From Nitrospirota bacterium (GTDB lineage: Bacteria > Nitrospirota > UBA9217): a DNA stretch of 64,000 nt. The stretch is from contig CAVUCU010000001.1 of NCBI GenBank assembly GCA_963740085.1, forward strand, positions 1 through 64,000. The letters run 5' to 3'. The notes beneath the pieces are model-generated. The model did no database searches. It saw only the letters and a program-made list of their open reading frames with translations, and was not told the origin of the DNA. This document shows positions 29,633 through 42,788 of this stretch, in pieces. A program made the position numbers and the translations under genes. Numbering within the stretch: position 1 is the stretch's first letter; every line of letters starts with the position of its first letter.

Positions 29633-29695
29633 GAGTCCATTGAGTCCATAGAGTTCATAGAGTCTATGGCGTCTATAGAGTCTGAAGAGTGTGCA
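29633..29695 (+). repeat. Degenerate nonamer tract GAGTYYATA
   Basis: Seven units. Confidence 0.8.
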
Positions 29696-29720
29696 GAGGC
29701 GAGAAGATGTCTGCTCAAGA

Positions 29721-30959
29721 TCAGATTTTTTTATTTACAAACCTGTTCACTGCTGACATTACCTGGAGCGGGGCTGTTTGTGCATTTTTCAGAAGATAGG
29801 TATTCCTTTTGGAACCCCGGGAAAGAAGTGATATCCCGTCTTTCGATCGAAGCGGCTTAAACGTAACGCCCTCAGGCAGATCGATCCCTTCATCACCGGT
29901 TCGCTGTTCGTCGCTGAAAACGAGGTAATCATTGAGAAAAGGAATGAGCCTGTTCAGGCGATCGAGGAGCGCCTGTTTACCGTGAACGCTGCCTTGCCCC
30001 GATCTGAATGACATGCTGAGCGCCCTCATGCCTTTTGGAGCGCTTGCAACGTCATCTTTGGCCCCGAGCGAGAGCGTAAAAAAATCCCGGGGCGAACGAT
30101 AGTCCGGGAGATAAAGCACCTCCGGGCACATGCCGACCGGAATGACGGTATCCTGCAGTCCCATGAAGATCGTCGATGCATCATAGCGCGTCGACAGGTT
30201 CAGGAGAATCGTGTCGGCCTCAATGACCTCCTGTTCCGTTTTAATGCCGACAATAGAGGCGATCCTCGATTCGTATTCGTGAACCGTCCGGTTATACAGG
30301 ATTTCACCACCCTGCCGAAGGATCGTGAAGTGCAGCTGGTCGACGAGTCTTTTGAAACCGCCTTCGAGGAAGCGTGGAGGAGTATCGCACAGCGTGATAA
30401 GGTCTACCAGCGATATTTCCACGACGGGTCTCTGAAAGAAAAAAAGCGACTGGATATCGAAGAACGCCGTCAATTCCCTGCTGAAACGGTATTGGCGGAT
30501 AAACCCGGCAGCGGACCGGTGCCCGGTCACGTATGCCCAAAAGCGGCTTTTTACCACCTTCTCCGCCAGTCCATGCAGATCCCGGTAGAATGACGTCAGC
30601 GTATCTATTTCCCCGGGAAATTCTCTTCTGAGTTCCTCAACCGTTTCGGCCTGATCGGCAAAAATGGTGATCCGGTGGTCGGGAAGCGCCACTTGATAAC
30701 AGGGTGATCGCACCGCAACACCCTGAACGATCCCGAGGTCCGCGGCAAGCGTATGAAACGCCCCTCCCCGGTCAAACCCGTAGGACAGCTCTGGTGAGGC
30801 ATGGAAGCTGTATCCATCCCTTGCATATGCTCCCACCGCCCCGTCCAATGATGCACCGTGCTCAATGACGACGACCTTTTTCTTCTTAACGGACAAAAGT
30901 GCCGCAACGGCAAGTCCGCCGAGCCCTGCACCGACCACGGCTGCATCGTATTTCGGCAT
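29721..30959 (-). CDS. FAD-dependent oxidoreductase, phytoene-desaturase-like
   Basis: VVGAGLGGL dinucleotide motif, GGFKRL, APKG. Confidence 0.8.
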   Translation of the reverse strand: MPKYDAAVVGAGLGGLAVAALLSVKKKKVVVIEHGASLDGAVGAYARDGYSFHASPELSYGFDRGGAFHTLAADLGIVQGVAVRSPCYQVALPDHRITIFADQAETVEELRREFPGEIDTLTSFYRDLHGLAEKVVKSRFWAYVTGHRSAAGFIRQYRFSRELTAFFDIQSLFFFQRPVVEISLVDLITLCDTPPRFLEGGFKRLVDQLHFTILRQGGEILYNRTVHEYESRIASIVGIKTEQEVIEADTILLNLSTRYDASTIFMGLQDTVIPVGMCPEVLYLPDYRSPRDFFTLSLGAKDDVASAPKGMRALSMSFRSGQGSVHGKQALLDRLNRLIPFLNDYLVFSDEQRTGDEGIDLPEGVTFKPLRSKDGISLLSRGSKRNTYLLKNAQTAPLQVMSAVNRFVNKKI

Positions 30960-31044
30960 GAGTACTCCTTAAAATCAGGGTTCAGAGTTCAGCGTTCAGG
31001 GTGAGCCTTGAACCGTGAACCTGACGACCTGATCACACGCAAAC

Positions 31045-31083
31045 AAAAAAGGAAACAGGGAATCTCATCGAGTTCCTATTTCC
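31045..31083 (-). terminator. Rho-independent terminator after pnp
   Basis: GGAAATAGGAACTC-GAT-GAGATTCCCTGTTTCC followed by TTTTTT on the minus strand. Confidence 0.7.
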
Positions 31084-31123
31084 TCTCTTTTATTTACACA
31101 GTGTCCTGTTTGCGACGGGAAGG

Positions 31124-33217
<2,094 letters not shown>

Positions 33218-33248
33218 GAATCCTCACTCTTTCCCTTGCAAAGTTATG

Positions 33249-33512
33249 CTACTTTCTTATGCCCAGCTGCTCAATGACCTTGCGATAGCGGTCAAGATCG
33301 TTCGTCTTCAGGTAATTCAAATGCCGGCGCCTCTGCCCGACCATTTGCAGAAGACCTCTCCGCGAATGTTGATCGTGCTTGTGCGTCTGCAAATGCTCCG
33401 TCAGATGGCTTATCCGTCCGCTCAGAATTGCAATCTGCACTTCCGGAGAACCTGTATCTGATGGATGCCTGCGGTACGTATTGATCAGACCTGTTTTCTG
33501 TTCCTTATCCAT
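33249..33512 (-). CDS. rpsO: 30S ribosomal protein S15
   Basis: [21 protein letters not shown]. Confidence 0.97.
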   Translation of the reverse strand: MDKEQKTGLINTYRRHPSDTGSPEVQIAILSGRISHLTEHLQTHKHDQHSRRGLLQMVGQRRRHLNYLKTNDLDRYRKVIEQLGIRK

Positions 33513-33554
33513 TCAACCGTCCCTCCTTTCATCAAGAAATTTCTGAAGCGTGCT

Positions 33555-33583
33555 AAAATATCATATTTACAGCGTGTTGTAAA
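33555..33583 (-). promoter_or_regulatory. rpsO-pnp promoter TTTACA-17-(TGa)TATTTT
   Basis: -35 33578-33583, extended -10 33555-33563. Confidence 0.55.
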
Positions 33584-33648
33584 GCATTTTATTCATGATC
33601 GGACGGATCCGACTGATCCGCCAAATCCGTCCGATAATAAAAAAAATT

Positions 33649-34530
33649 CTACGAAAAAACCAGATCGGGTTTGAGCACCCCGGCAACGATGCGTGCAAGT
33701 CCCAGGAGCCTGCCGGAAGGGCTGTGAAGCCTGACATGGTCACTGGCGATGTTTTCAAAAGACGAGGGACACGATATCTGGTTGCCATGCAGCACCCGTA
33801 CCGTCTCCGCCTCGCTGATCGGAATTGCCGGGAACGCGGCGAGTGCATCGTCCATCGGCGTGATCGCCCGTTCCCCGTCTCCTGACGCCATCATCGCCTG
33901 GAGCCGATCGAGTGTAATGGCGCGATCAATGCTGAACCGCCCGGAGCGCGTTCTTTCCAGGCCGGTCAGATGCGCTCCCATACCCAGGGCATCTCCTATT
34001 TCGGCGCACAGCGTGCGGATGTACACGCCTTTTGAGCATGCTACCGTGAGACTCGCCACGGGGTCTTCGAACGCCGTCAGCTCGATGCTGAATATCGTCA
34101 CCGGACGCGGCTTGAGCAATTCCGCCTTGCCTTCGCGTGCCAGCTTGTACGACGGCACCCCCGCCACTTTCACGGCAGAGTATGCCGGCGGGCGCTGCAT
34201 GACCGAACCGGTGAAACCCTGCAGAACTTCAGCGATCTTCCGCCGGTCGGGAGGCGCATACGACCTCGTTTCTTGTATCCGTCCATCGGCATCAAGGGTA
34301 TCGGTGGTCACCCCGAGCCGCATGGTCGCCTTGTACTCCTTCTCCCCTGCTTCAAGGTACTGCGCTATCCTGGTTGCCCTGCCCGCGCAGAGAACGAGAA
34401 CACCGGTCGCGAGCGGGTCGAGCGTACCCGTGTGGCCGATCCGCCGTTCATGCAGGATCCTCCGGACGCTCTCGACGACATCGTGAGAGGTCACGCCGGA
34501 CGGTTTGTTGATGTTAAGGACGCCGTCCAT
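33649..34530 (-). CDS. truB: tRNA pseudouridine(55) synthase
   Basis: GHTGTLDPLATGVL, CSKGVYIR. Confidence 0.97.
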   Translation of the reverse strand: MDGVLNINKPSGVTSHDVVESVRRILHERRIGHTGTLDPLATGVLVLCAGRATRIAQYLEAGEKEYKATMRLGVTTDTLDADGRIQETRSYAPPDRRKIAEVLQGFTGSVMQRPPAYSAVKVAGVPSYKLAREGKAELLKPRPVTIFSIELTAFEDPVASLTVACSKGVYIRTLCAEIGDALGMGAHLTGLERTRSGRFSIDRAITLDRLQAMMASGDGERAITPMDDALAAFPAIPISEAETVRVLHGNQISCPSSFENIASDHVRLHSPSGRLLGLARIVAGVLKPDLVFS

Positions 34531-35515
34531 CCGGCCTCGTTCCTATGCTTCCCATCTGCGCAGCAATTGTCTTCTCGACGTCGCCGATCACCCGTTTTTT
34601 TACTTCGTCGAGCGTCCCGTCGAGAATGCCTCCGGCGGCGTTCTTGTGTCCGCCGCCACCGAACGATTGGGCCAATCCCGAGAGGTCGACCCGCCCCTTG
34701 GAACGCATGCTGATCTTATACTGTGCGCTTCCCGTTTGCCTCAACAGGATCGCCACCTCGACACCCTTTGCCGACCGCACAAAATTCACGAAGTTGTCCG
34801 TGTCCTCTGCCGTGGTGTTGGTCCGGCGATACAGCTCATCGGTCACCACGACCCACGCGGCCCGTCCGTCCGCGCTCCGTTCCATGTTCGCGAGGACCGT
34901 TCCAAGGAGCTTCAATCGAGGATAGGAAAAGGATTCGTATACGTTTTCCGTGACCTGCCAGGGGTCGGCGCCGGCCTCGAGCAGCGTTGCCGCTATCTTC
35001 ATGCTTTCCGGCGTGGTATTCGAATAACGGAAGGACCCCGTGTCCGTAAAGATAGCGGTATACAGGCAGAGGGCAATATCCCGATCGACCGGGACTCCCA
35101 GCTCCCGGATAAGCCTGAAGATCATCTCGCCGGTGGCCGATGCGGCCGTATCCAGCCAGGTAAGCGGCCATTCAAGAGGATTGGTAATGTGGTGATCGAT
35201 ATTGATCAATACTTCGGCGGGATAGGTCTCGTCAAACAGTCCCGTTCGCGGCGGGTCCGCATCAACGACAACGAACGCATCATAACGACCCTGGACCGGT
35301 TTCCCGATCCTGATCAGTTCATTCTGCGGCAGGAACCGGTAGATCTCCGGCACCGGATCCAGATTGTGCGCGACCACCGTCTTGCCCATTTTCCCCAGAG
35401 CGAGCATAAGCCCGAGCTGAGACCCGAGGGCGTCTCCGTCCGGATTTTTGTGCGTGGAAAGAAGAACGGTCGTGCACCCTTTCAGTGCCGCTGCAATGCT
35501 CTCAGGTCTACTCAT
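34514..35515 (-). CDS. nrnA: DHH/DHHA1 oligoribonuclease/pAp phosphatase
   Basis: HKNPDGDALGS, IDHH, TDTGSF, GGGGHKNAAG. Confidence 0.9.
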   Translation of the reverse strand: MSRPESIAAALKGCTTVLLSTHKNPDGDALGSQLGLMLALGKMGKTVVAHNLDPVPEIYRFLPQNELIRIGKPVQGRYDAFVVVDADPPRTGLFDETYPAEVLINIDHHITNPLEWPLTWLDTAASATGEMIFRLIRELGVPVDRDIALCLYTAIFTDTGSFRYSNTTPESMKIAATLLEAGADPWQVTENVYESFSYPRLKLLGTVLANMERSADGRAAWVVVTDELYRRTNTTAEDTDNFVNFVRSAKGVEVAILLRQTGSAQYKISMRSKGRVDLSGLAQSFGGGGHKNAAGGILDGTLDEVKKRVIGDVEKTIAAQMGSIGTRPDGRRP

Positions 35516-35903
35516 GCCCAGGGTCCTTCTTTTCCTTCTCTTCCGTTTCCTGCCCCTGATTTTTCTCGATCTCGTGCAGGAGTTCCATGATATGCGCCCC
35601 CTGCTCCACGGTGGCATCGAAACGGAACAGGATCTCCGGAACGCTCCTCATGGCCATTCGTCTGCCGAGTTCCGACCTGATGAACGCCGAGGCGCTTTTC
35701 AGACCCTTGAACGTTTCTTCCTTGTCGCCGCCGTAGACGCTCACGAAAACCTTCGCATTCCTGAGGTCATCCGACAGCTCGACATCGGTCACCGTCACGA
35801 ACCCTATTCGGGGGTCCTTTATCTTGCGCATGAGGATATCGGCGATCTCCTGCTTCATCTGATCGCCCACGCGCACCGATCTTTTATAGGTTGGTTTGGC
35901 CAT
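35508..35903 (-). CDS. rbfA: Ribosome-binding factor A
   Basis: KDPRIGFVTVTDV..DLRNAKVF, PEILFRFD. Confidence 0.96.
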   Translation of the reverse strand: MAKPTYKRSVRVGDQMKQEIADILMRKIKDPRIGFVTVTDVELSDDLRNAKVFVSVYGGDKEETFKGLKSASAFIRSELGRRMAMRSVPEILFRFDATVEQGAHIMELLHEIEKNQGQETEEKEKKDPGHE

Positions 35904-36014
35904 TTTAATTCAGTAGTCAGTTGTCAGGAGGCAGGAGTCAGGAGAAGAAGGTTTAATTCAGAATTGTTTTGATGTTATTCCGGCTTCTGGATACTGACTT
36001 CTGGCTCCTGTCCT

Positions 36015-36296
36015 TTAAAATATCTCTATATGATAATCCAGGAGGTCTATTTCCGGCACTCCGCGGACCATGTTCAGGACATGGTCCAGCGTCTGGTTGA
36101 GGTGGGATTTATCATTGCTCACTGCCGCTACTGCCAGTGATGCCTTTTGCCAGAGATCGTTGTCGTCGACCTCGGCCACCGAGACGTTGAACTTGTTCCG
36201 GATCCTGTCTTTCAGGCTTCGGAGTGAATGCCGCTTGTCTTTGAGCGACCCGCTGCCGGGAACATGCATCTCTATGGTACAAACACCGATGAACAT
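36015..36296 (-). CDS. DUF503 (YlxP-like) protein
   Basis: SLKDKR, FNVSVAEV, DLWQ; position between infB and rbfA. Confidence 0.92.
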   Translation of the reverse strand: MFIGVCTIEMHVPGSGSLKDKRHSLRSLKDRIRNKFNVSVAEVDDNDLWQKASLAVAAVSNDKSHLNQTLDHVLNMVRGVPEIDLLDYHIEIF

Positions 36297-36435
36297 AGCC
36301 AGAACGTAAAAAGGCACGATTGCAAAATGCAGAATTCAAAATGGAAAAGTTAAAATGAACGGATATGAAATCATGGCCTGTGGCCATACCTCAATTTTGC
36401 AATTTGCATTTTGAAATTTGAATTATGCGGTTGTC

Positions 36436-39081
36436 CTACAGCTTTCCCGCCACTTTATCGATCACGAAACACTCGATGACGTCGCCGACCTTGATATCGT
36501 TGAAGTTCTCGATACCGATGCCGCACTCGTAACCGGACTGCACCTCGCGCACATCGTCCTTGAACCTCTTGAGCGAATGAAATTTCCCCGTGTACACGAG
36601 CACGTTGTCCCGGATCACCCGGACACCATCGCACTGGCGGCTGAGGACGCCCTCCACGACATATGATCCTGCGATCGTGCCGACCTTGGACACATGAAAG
36701 GTTTGACGCACTTCGGCGCGCCCAAGGATGCGCTCTTTGAGCGTCGGTTCCAGCAGGCCTTCCATGGCGGCCTTGATGTCATCGATGGCATTGTAGATGA
36801 TGTTGTAAAGGCGGATGTCCACTCCCTCGCGCTGGGCAAGTTCCGTCGCCTTGGGTTCCGCACGGACGCTGAAGCCGATGATGATGGCGTTTGACGCTGC
36901 CGCGAGCATCACGTCGGTCTCGGTGATCGCGCCCACGGAACTGTGGATGACCTTGAGCTTGACCGCTGTGGTGGAAAGTTTTTCGAGCGAATCGACGATG
37001 GCCCCGGCCGATCCCGACACGTCCGCTTTGATCACGATATTGAGCTCCTTGACCATGCCCTCCTGGATCTGGGTGTGCAGGTCTTCGAGCGTCACCTTTT
37101 TGATCGAGCCCATCTCCGTGCTTCTCTGCTTGGCCTGCCTGCCTTCCGCGATCTGACGGGCCTTGCGCTCCTCTTCGAGCACCACAAAACGGTCCCCCGC
37201 GAGCGGGACGCTGGAAAATCCGATGACTTCAGCGGGCGTGGATGGTCCCGCGCTCTCCACCCGTTCGCCCTTGTCGTTGATTAGCGCCCGCACCTTTCCG
37301 AACTGGGACCCGGTCACGAAGAAATCGCCCACCTTCAACGTACCGGACTGGACCAGGACGGTGGCGACCGGGCCGCGTCCCCTGTCAAGTTTTGCCTCGA
37401 TGACCGTGCCGCGCGCCATCTTGTCGGGGTTCGCTTTGAGCTCGAGCACATCGGCCTGGATGAGGATCATCTCGAGCAGATGTTCGAGACCGATCTTTTT
37501 CTTCGCCGATACTTCGCAGAAGATGGTCTGGCCGCCCCACTCTTCCGGAGTCAATTCGAATTCCGCGAGCTCCTGTTTCACCCGGTCCGGCTTTGACTCG
37601 GGTTTGTCGATCTTATTGATGGCCACGATGATCGGCACGTTGGCCGCCTTTGCGTGGTTGACCGCTTCACGCGTCTGCGGCATCACGCCGTCATCGGCCG
37701 CGACAACGAGGACCACGATGTCCGTCACCTGCGCCCCGCGGGCGCGCATTGCCGTAAAGGCCGCATGGCCCGGTGTGTCGAGGAACGTAATGTCCCTCCC
37801 TTTCAGGCTCACCTGGTAGGCGCCGATATGCTGGGTAATTCCGCCGGCTTCACCCGAGACGACGTTCGTTTCCCGAACCGCGTCAAGGAGCGAGGTTTTG
37901 CCGTGGTCCACATGTCCCATGATCGTGACCACCGGCGGCCGCAACAGCTGGGATTCCGCCGTATCGGCCTTTTCCTCCAGAACATCCTCGGCCGTTTCGA
38001 TGCTCGTGATCTCGGCCTTGATGCCGTAATCTTCAGCAAGGAGCATGGCGGCATCGGTATCCATGACCTGGTTCTGCGTTGCCATGATGCCGTTGGCCAT
38101 GAGCTTCTTGATCACGTCGCTCACCTTCTGACCGATGACCTCGGCGAATTCCTTGATGGTTCCGCCTTCCTGGATCTTGACGACCTTTTTTCTCGGCTTG
38201 GTGATCTCGGCCAGATCGGTCTGCGGAGCGTGTCTCTCGTCTTTTTTATGAGGTCTCTTCCCAAGGGGCAGCGTCTTCAGATCGGGAAGCTTCTTAAACG
38301 ACGGCTTCGCGCGGAACTCCCGGTCGGACTTGTTCTCGAATTCTCCTTTTTTCTGCCACTTTTTCTTTGACGGCTTGGCCGGGACCGGCATCAGCGACGG
38401 CGGCACCTGCGCGGGTTCAAGCACCGGACTTCTGAAGGAGGTTCTTTCAAAAGGACGCCCTCCCGGACGCGCCGGCGAGCCGGGACGCTGCGGTGTGTAG
38501 CCCGGACGCGGCGGGGCGCCGGGGCGCTGCGGTGAAAAACCCGGACGAGCCGGGGCACCCGGTCGTTGTGGAGCGAAGCCTGGCCGCGCGGGAGCACCAG
38601 GACGCTGCGGTGCGGGGGCCGGCTGCGCTGTCGCTGCCGGCTGGGGCTGTGCGGGTTGAGTGGACTCCGGAGAAACCCCTGCTTCTTCAACCTTGGCAGG
38701 TTGTATCGGAGCTGCATGGGACACCGGCGGAATGACCGGCGGAGCAGGCAGGGTCGGTTTCGGGGGAGGAATGGGTGCCGGCTTCGGCTTTGCCCCCGGT
38801 TTTTCAAGCGTTGATGAAAATTTTCCGATCAGTGCCGCGGCTTTCTTCAACCGGTCCTCTTTGGAGACGATCACACCACCGGCCGGTTCCTTCTTGATTT
38901 TTTCTTTTTCCTTCTCTTTGCGGACAGCCTTCAACTTGTCGATCAGGGACTTGGCCTCTTTGTCATCAAGACCGCTCGATGGAGTTTTGCTCTTGATGCC
39001 CATCTTCTCAAGGACGGATATGAGGTCCTTGCTTTCGACTCCCATTTTTTTGGCCAGTTCGTGTACCCTGATTACCGTCAT
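36436..39081 (-). CDS. infB: Translation initiation factor IF-2
   Basis: [25 protein letters not shown]; Pro-rich N-terminal linker. Confidence 0.98.
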   Translation of the reverse strand: MTVIRVHELAKKMGVESKDLISVLEKMGIKSKTPSSGLDDKEAKSLIDKLKAVRKEKEKEKIKKEPAGGVIVSKEDRLKKAAALIGKFSSTLEKPGAKPKPAPIPPPKPTLPAPPVIPPVSHAAPIQPAKVEEAGVSPESTQPAQPQPAATAQPAPAPQRPGAPARPGFAPQRPGAPARPGFSPQRPGAPPRPGYTPQRPGSPARPGGRPFERTSFRSPVLEPAQVPPSLMPVPAKPSKKKWQKKGEFENKSDREFRAKPSFKKLPDLKTLPLGKRPHKKDERHAPQTDLAEITKPRKKVVKIQEGGTIKEFAEVIGQKVSDVIKKLMANGIMATQNQVMDTDAAMLLAEDYGIKAEITSIETAEDVLEEKADTAESQLLRPPVVTIMGHVDHGKTSLLDAVRETNVVSGEAGGITQHIGAYQVSLKGRDITFLDTPGHAAFTAMRARGAQVTDIVVLVVAADDGVMPQTREAVNHAKAANVPIIVAINKIDKPESKPDRVKQELAEFELTPEEWGGQTIFCEVSAKKKIGLEHLLEMILIQADVLELKANPDKMARGTVIEAKLDRGRGPVATVLVQSGTLKVGDFFVTGSQFGKVRALINDKGERVESAGPSTPAEVIGFSSVPLAGDRFVVLEEERKARQIAEGRQAKQRSTEMGSIKKVTLEDLHTQIQEGMVKELNIVIKADVSGSAGAIVDSLEKLSTTAVKLKVIHSSVGAITETDVMLAAASNAIIIGFSVRAEPKATELAQREGVDIRLYNIIYNAIDDIKAAMEGLLEPTLKERILGRAEVRQTFHVSKVGTIAGSYVVEGVLSRQCDGVRVIRDNVLVYTGKFHSLKRFKDDVREVQSGYECGIGIENFNDIKVGDVIECFVIDKVAGKL

Positions 39082-39125
39082 AAAATCACATGCCCCCAGA
39101 AAGTTGTTTAATGTGGAATTCTACT

Positions 39126-39708
39126 CTACTCACTGTTTTTTATCAAGACTTTTAATCTTTCGGCCTCTGTCCAGAGCGAATCAGAGAGCCCTTTATCCTC
39201 TATCCCGATCACGCCGACCAGTTCACGGTTGAGCATCGCCCCAAGCTCTTCGCGGGTGAAAAGCGTCGTACACCGCACTGATGCGGCATGGGGACCCGCC
39301 ACTTTTTCCTTCGTCCCTTTTGACAGGTCGATCGCGTACAGGAGCATTGAAACTCGACCCTTCTCAACGGCATCGTGGACCGCGGAGTAGCCGGCCGCCA
39401 GTTTACCCGCCTTGGCCGACATTACGATGAGGGATCTTATCTTCTCCGTAATGAGCGCCGCAAGCTGACCGATAAATGCATCCGGCTCCGGCGACCTGAC
39501 CTTGCTGTGAAGCGCCCGGGAAAGGTTTTCTTTGCTCAACGCCTTATGTTATGCACTCCACCGTGGGACAGACATAGGCCGCGCGGCCGGGCAGTTTCTC
39601 CCGGTAGTCGATCACGATGCCAAGCGGTCCGGCGGCGATCCGGATCACGGCATCCTTCTCAAATACACCTCGACAACCGATACACGTTCTCTCCGGCCCC
39701 TGTTTCAT
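39126..39708 (-). pseudogene. YlxR(DUF448)-L7Ae fusion interrupted by one extra base near 39546
   Basis: MKQGPERTCIGCR..KLPGRAAYVCPTVECIT* then KALSKENL..KAGKLAAGY in the shifted frame; span is 3n+1. Confidence 0.8.
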
Positions 39709-39729
39709 CCTTGACCTACCTGACCATGT

Positions 39730-41088
39730 CTACGTTCCGAGGCGTGCTCGCGCCGACAGCAGTATCTTCTGCGCCGTTTTCTCACCGATACCCGGAACTG
39801 CCAGGATCTCCTCGTCGGACATGGCGGCGATCTTCTCCAGTGTATCGTAGCCCGCCTCGATGAGCAGTTCCGCTGTTTTTGGCCCAACACCTTCTATCAA
39901 TGTCAGGCCTGACTCCGGCGGCTGCGCATCATCGGCTGTTGTTGTCCCGGAGGCTTCGGCTTCCATTTTCCCGGCAGCTTCGTGCTCCTCGGCCAACTTC
40001 CGCGTTTCCTCAACGATCGCCGCTTCGATCTCCTGCTCTCGTTCCTTTTGCCGTTCCTGATCGTATTCGGATTCACTCAGTATATCGATCTTCCAGCCGG
40101 TGAGCTTTGCCGCAAGCCTCACGTTCTGACCCTTTTTCCCGATGGCGAGTGAAAGCTGGGAATCGGCGACCACGGTCAATGCCGAGCGGTCTTCCTCGGT
40201 CACACCCACCTTTTCAACCACGGCGGGGCTCAATGCCTTCGCGATGAAAATGCGCGGATCTTCGGACCAGGGGATGATATCGATCTTCTCTCCCCGCAGT
40301 TCGCGGACCACGGCCTGCACACGGGAGCCCTTCATGCCCACACAGGCGCCCACCGGATCAACCTGCGAGTCCTTTGAAGCCACGGCTATCTTCGTGCGGT
40401 CTCCCGCCTCGCGGACGACGCCTTTGATCTCGACGATATTCTCGTAAATTTCCGGGACCTCCATCTCGAACAGCCGGGAGACGAAATCCGGATGGGCGCG
40501 GGAAAGGACCACCTGCGGTCCTTTCGAGGTATCGCGCACCTCAAGCACATACGCCCTGACGCGGTCGCCCCTGCGGTAGCTCTCGCGCGGCACCTGTTCC
40601 CGTGCGGGCAGCACGGCCTCGGTCTTGCCAAGGTCGATGTAGTAGGCGCCCTTCTCATGGCGCAGGACGATGCCGTTCACGAGCTGTCCGATCTTGTCGT
40701 TAAACTCCTTGAGGATGACCTCGCGCTCAGCCTCGCGCACCTTCTGCACGATGACCTGGCGCGCGGTCTGCGCCGCGATCCTGCCGAAACCCTGGAACTC
40801 GACCTGCAGCGGGACTTCACCCTCCATCTGCGCGTCGGGATAGAGCGTCTGCGCCTCTTCGAGGGTGATCTCCTCCTCGGGGTTCAAGACCTCGGCCACA
40901 ACCTTCTTGTAGGCATACATGATGATGTCTCCCCGCTTGGGGTCGATCTGCACCGCGATCCGCTGGGCGCCATACTTCTTTTTGGCCGCGCTCACGAGCG
41001 CCGACTCCACGGCCTCGACAACCATCTCCTTCGAAATGCCCTTTTCCTTGCTGATCTGATCGATAACATGAATCAGCTCTTGACTCAT
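39730..41088 (-). CDS. nusA: Transcription termination/antitermination factor NusA
   Basis: FGRIAAQTARQ, VGACVGMKGSRV, AIGKKGQNVRLA, C-terminal HhH. Confidence 0.98.
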   Translation of the reverse strand: MSQELIHVIDQISKEKGISKEMVVEAVESALVSAAKKKYGAQRIAVQIDPKRGDIIMYAYKKVVAEVLNPEEEITLEEAQTLYPDAQMEGEVPLQVEFQGFGRIAAQTARQVIVQKVREAEREVILKEFNDKIGQLVNGIVLRHEKGAYYIDLGKTEAVLPAREQVPRESYRRGDRVRAYVLEVRDTSKGPQVVLSRAHPDFVSRLFEMEVPEIYENIVEIKGVVREAGDRTKIAVASKDSQVDPVGACVGMKGSRVQAVVRELRGEKIDIIPWSEDPRIFIAKALSPAVVEKVGVTEEDRSALTVVADSQLSLAIGKKGQNVRLAAKLTGWKIDILSESEYDQERQKEREQEIEAAIVEETRKLAEEHEAAGKMEAEASGTTTADDAQPPESGLTLIEGVGPKTAELLIEAGYDTLEKIAAMSDEEILAVPGIGEKTAQKILLSARARLGT

Positions 41089-41303
41089 AAGCCTTTCTCC
41101 TCCTGATGGACCATTTATATAAATTCTTGAGAGATTAACTACCTAACCCGAACAAGCCTAAAACGAAAAGGCGTCTCTCGCGGAGCACGCAGAGTTAAAT
41201 CAACACCCTTCAGTCCTGGCCTTAACCGGGATCATTTCTTGAGCTCTTCTCCACAAACGCCGCCTCCGCGAGAAAATTTCTTGCCTCTTTGAAAAATCAA
41301 TGG

Positions 41304-41765
41304 CTAAAACTCCACTTCCAGCGAAGCCTTGGTGATGCCGGTCATCGGTATTTCTATGATCTTTTCAGTTTCAAGTTCCACCCTGACCGTGCCTTCAACG
41401 AATCCGAGCAGCCTGCCGCGAAAGACCTTTTGCCCGTCGATGGGCTGATAGGTCTTTATCCTGACCATACTGCCCGTGAACCGGACGAAGTGCTCGGGTT
41501 TCGAGAGAGTACGGTCGAGACCGGGTGACGATACTTCAAGCGTATACGCATGAGGTATAATGTCCTCGACGTCCAGCACCGCGCTGAGGTCCCTGCTCAC
41601 GGTCTCGCAGTCGCTCAGCGTGACACCGCCCGATTCCCGGTCGATAAAGATCCGGAGAAGCCACTGCGGGCCCTGCTTATGAAACTCCAGGTCCCAGAGC
41701 GACAGGCCCATGGATTCAAGGATCGGATCCAGTAACTGCCGGACATTTTCCGCGGCATCAGCCAT
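41304..41765 (-). CDS. rimP: Ribosome maturation factor RimP
   Basis: LRIFIDR, YTLEVSSPGLDR. Confidence 0.96.
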   Translation of the reverse strand: MADAAENVRQLLDPILESMGLSLWDLEFHKQGPQWLLRIFIDRESGGVTLSDCETVSRDLSAVLDVEDIIPHAYTLEVSSPGLDRTLSKPEHFVRFTGSMVRIKTYQPIDGQKVFRGRLLGFVEGTVRVELETEKIIEIPMTGITKASLEVEF

Positions 41766-41774
41766 TCGACCCCC

Positions 41775-41808
41775 AAATAAAAAGAGTGGGCAACAAATGC
41801 CCACTCTT
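41775..41808 (-). terminator. rimP leader hairpin/attenuator
   Basis: AAGAGTGGGCA-TTTGT-TGCCCACTCTT followed by TTTATTT just 5' of rimP. Confidence 0.7.
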
Positions 41809-42009
41809 CAAGGAATTTCCCAGAGTGTTGATTATGTTTTAACATACTGGCCAGGCGAATGCAAGAAAAAAATGGTCTCGTTTTTTAAACCAGATTATCT
41901 CGCGCAGGCACGCGCGTCAGACAGAACAGGGCACCGGCTCCTGCTGATAAACACTGCAAAGTCAAAAAAGTTCCAGGGGCGGTCTCGATAATTTCGATAA
42001 AAAAAGTTC

Positions 42010-42038
42010 TTGTCAATGACGGCTGAATGGCATATAGT
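42010..42038 (+). promoter_or_regulatory. hup promoter TTGTCA-17-TATAGT
   Basis: -35 42010-42015, -10 42033-42038. Confidence 0.65.
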
Positions 42039-42091
42039 TGCCGTATTGCAGCACTATTCTAATACACGTCTAATACACGGGAGGGAAATAC

Positions 42092-42373
42092 ATGGCAAAG
42101 GCAATGACGAAATCACAGTTGGTATCGAAGCTCGCGGAGAAGGCATCACTCACCAAGAAGGCTGCCGGAGAGATATTGGATTTCATCGCAGAGGTGGCCT
42201 ATAAAGAAGCAAAGAACACCTTCACCCTGCCCGGGCTCGGCAAGCTTGTGCTTGTCCAGCGCAAAGCACGCATGGGCAGAAACCCGGCAACCGGTGAAAC
42301 CATCAAGATAAAGGCAAAGAAGGTCGTCAAGTTCCGGGTTGCAAAAGCCGCCAAGGATGCGATCCTCGGTTAG
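42092..42373 (+). CDS. hup: HU family DNA-binding protein
   Basis: RKARMGRNPATGETIKI. Confidence 0.93.
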   Translation: MAKAMTKSQLVSKLAEKASLTKKAAGEILDFIAEVAYKEAKNTFTLPGLGKLVLVQRKARMGRNPATGETIKIKAKKVVKFRVAKAAKDAILG

Positions 42374-42509
42374 CGATAACGACTCAGGTGGATAGACGAG
42401 AGACTGAAGTTAGAGAGACTGAAGGTGGATAGGCTGAAGGGGAGTGTGTAAGGTTTTTACTTCTTCAGCCATCAGTCTTCATCCTCAATAACCTGCAGTA
42501 GTTACTTCC

Positions 42510-42788
42510 ATGACCGATCCTCCGTCGATAAAACTGCCCATAGACGGCACGCTCGACCTGCACACGTTCCTGCCCGGAGAGGTGAAGGACCTGGTTCCCG
42601 AGTATCTCGCCGCCTGCCGGGAGCGCGGCATCACGCAGGTCCGCATCATACACGGGAAAGGCGTCGGCACGCTGCGACATACTGTTGAATCAATTCTTAA
42701 GAAACTGTCTTGCGTGGAATCAATGAGAACTGGTGATGAGACCTCGGGGGGTTGGGGAGCGACGATCGTGACGCTGCGGAAAATATGA
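42510..42788 (+). CDS. Stand-alone Smr domain protein
   Basis: LDLHTF, IIHGKGVG, GGWGATIV. Confidence 0.9.
   Translation: MTDPPSIKLPIDGTLDLHTFLPGEVKDLVPEYLAACRERGITQVRIIHGKGVGTLRHTVESILKKLSCVESMRTGDETSGGWGATIVTLRKI

Noticed and set aside
38460-38620. 36-bp tandem repeats in infB ([12 protein letters not shown])
   Set aside because: Ordinary low-complexity IF-2 linker.
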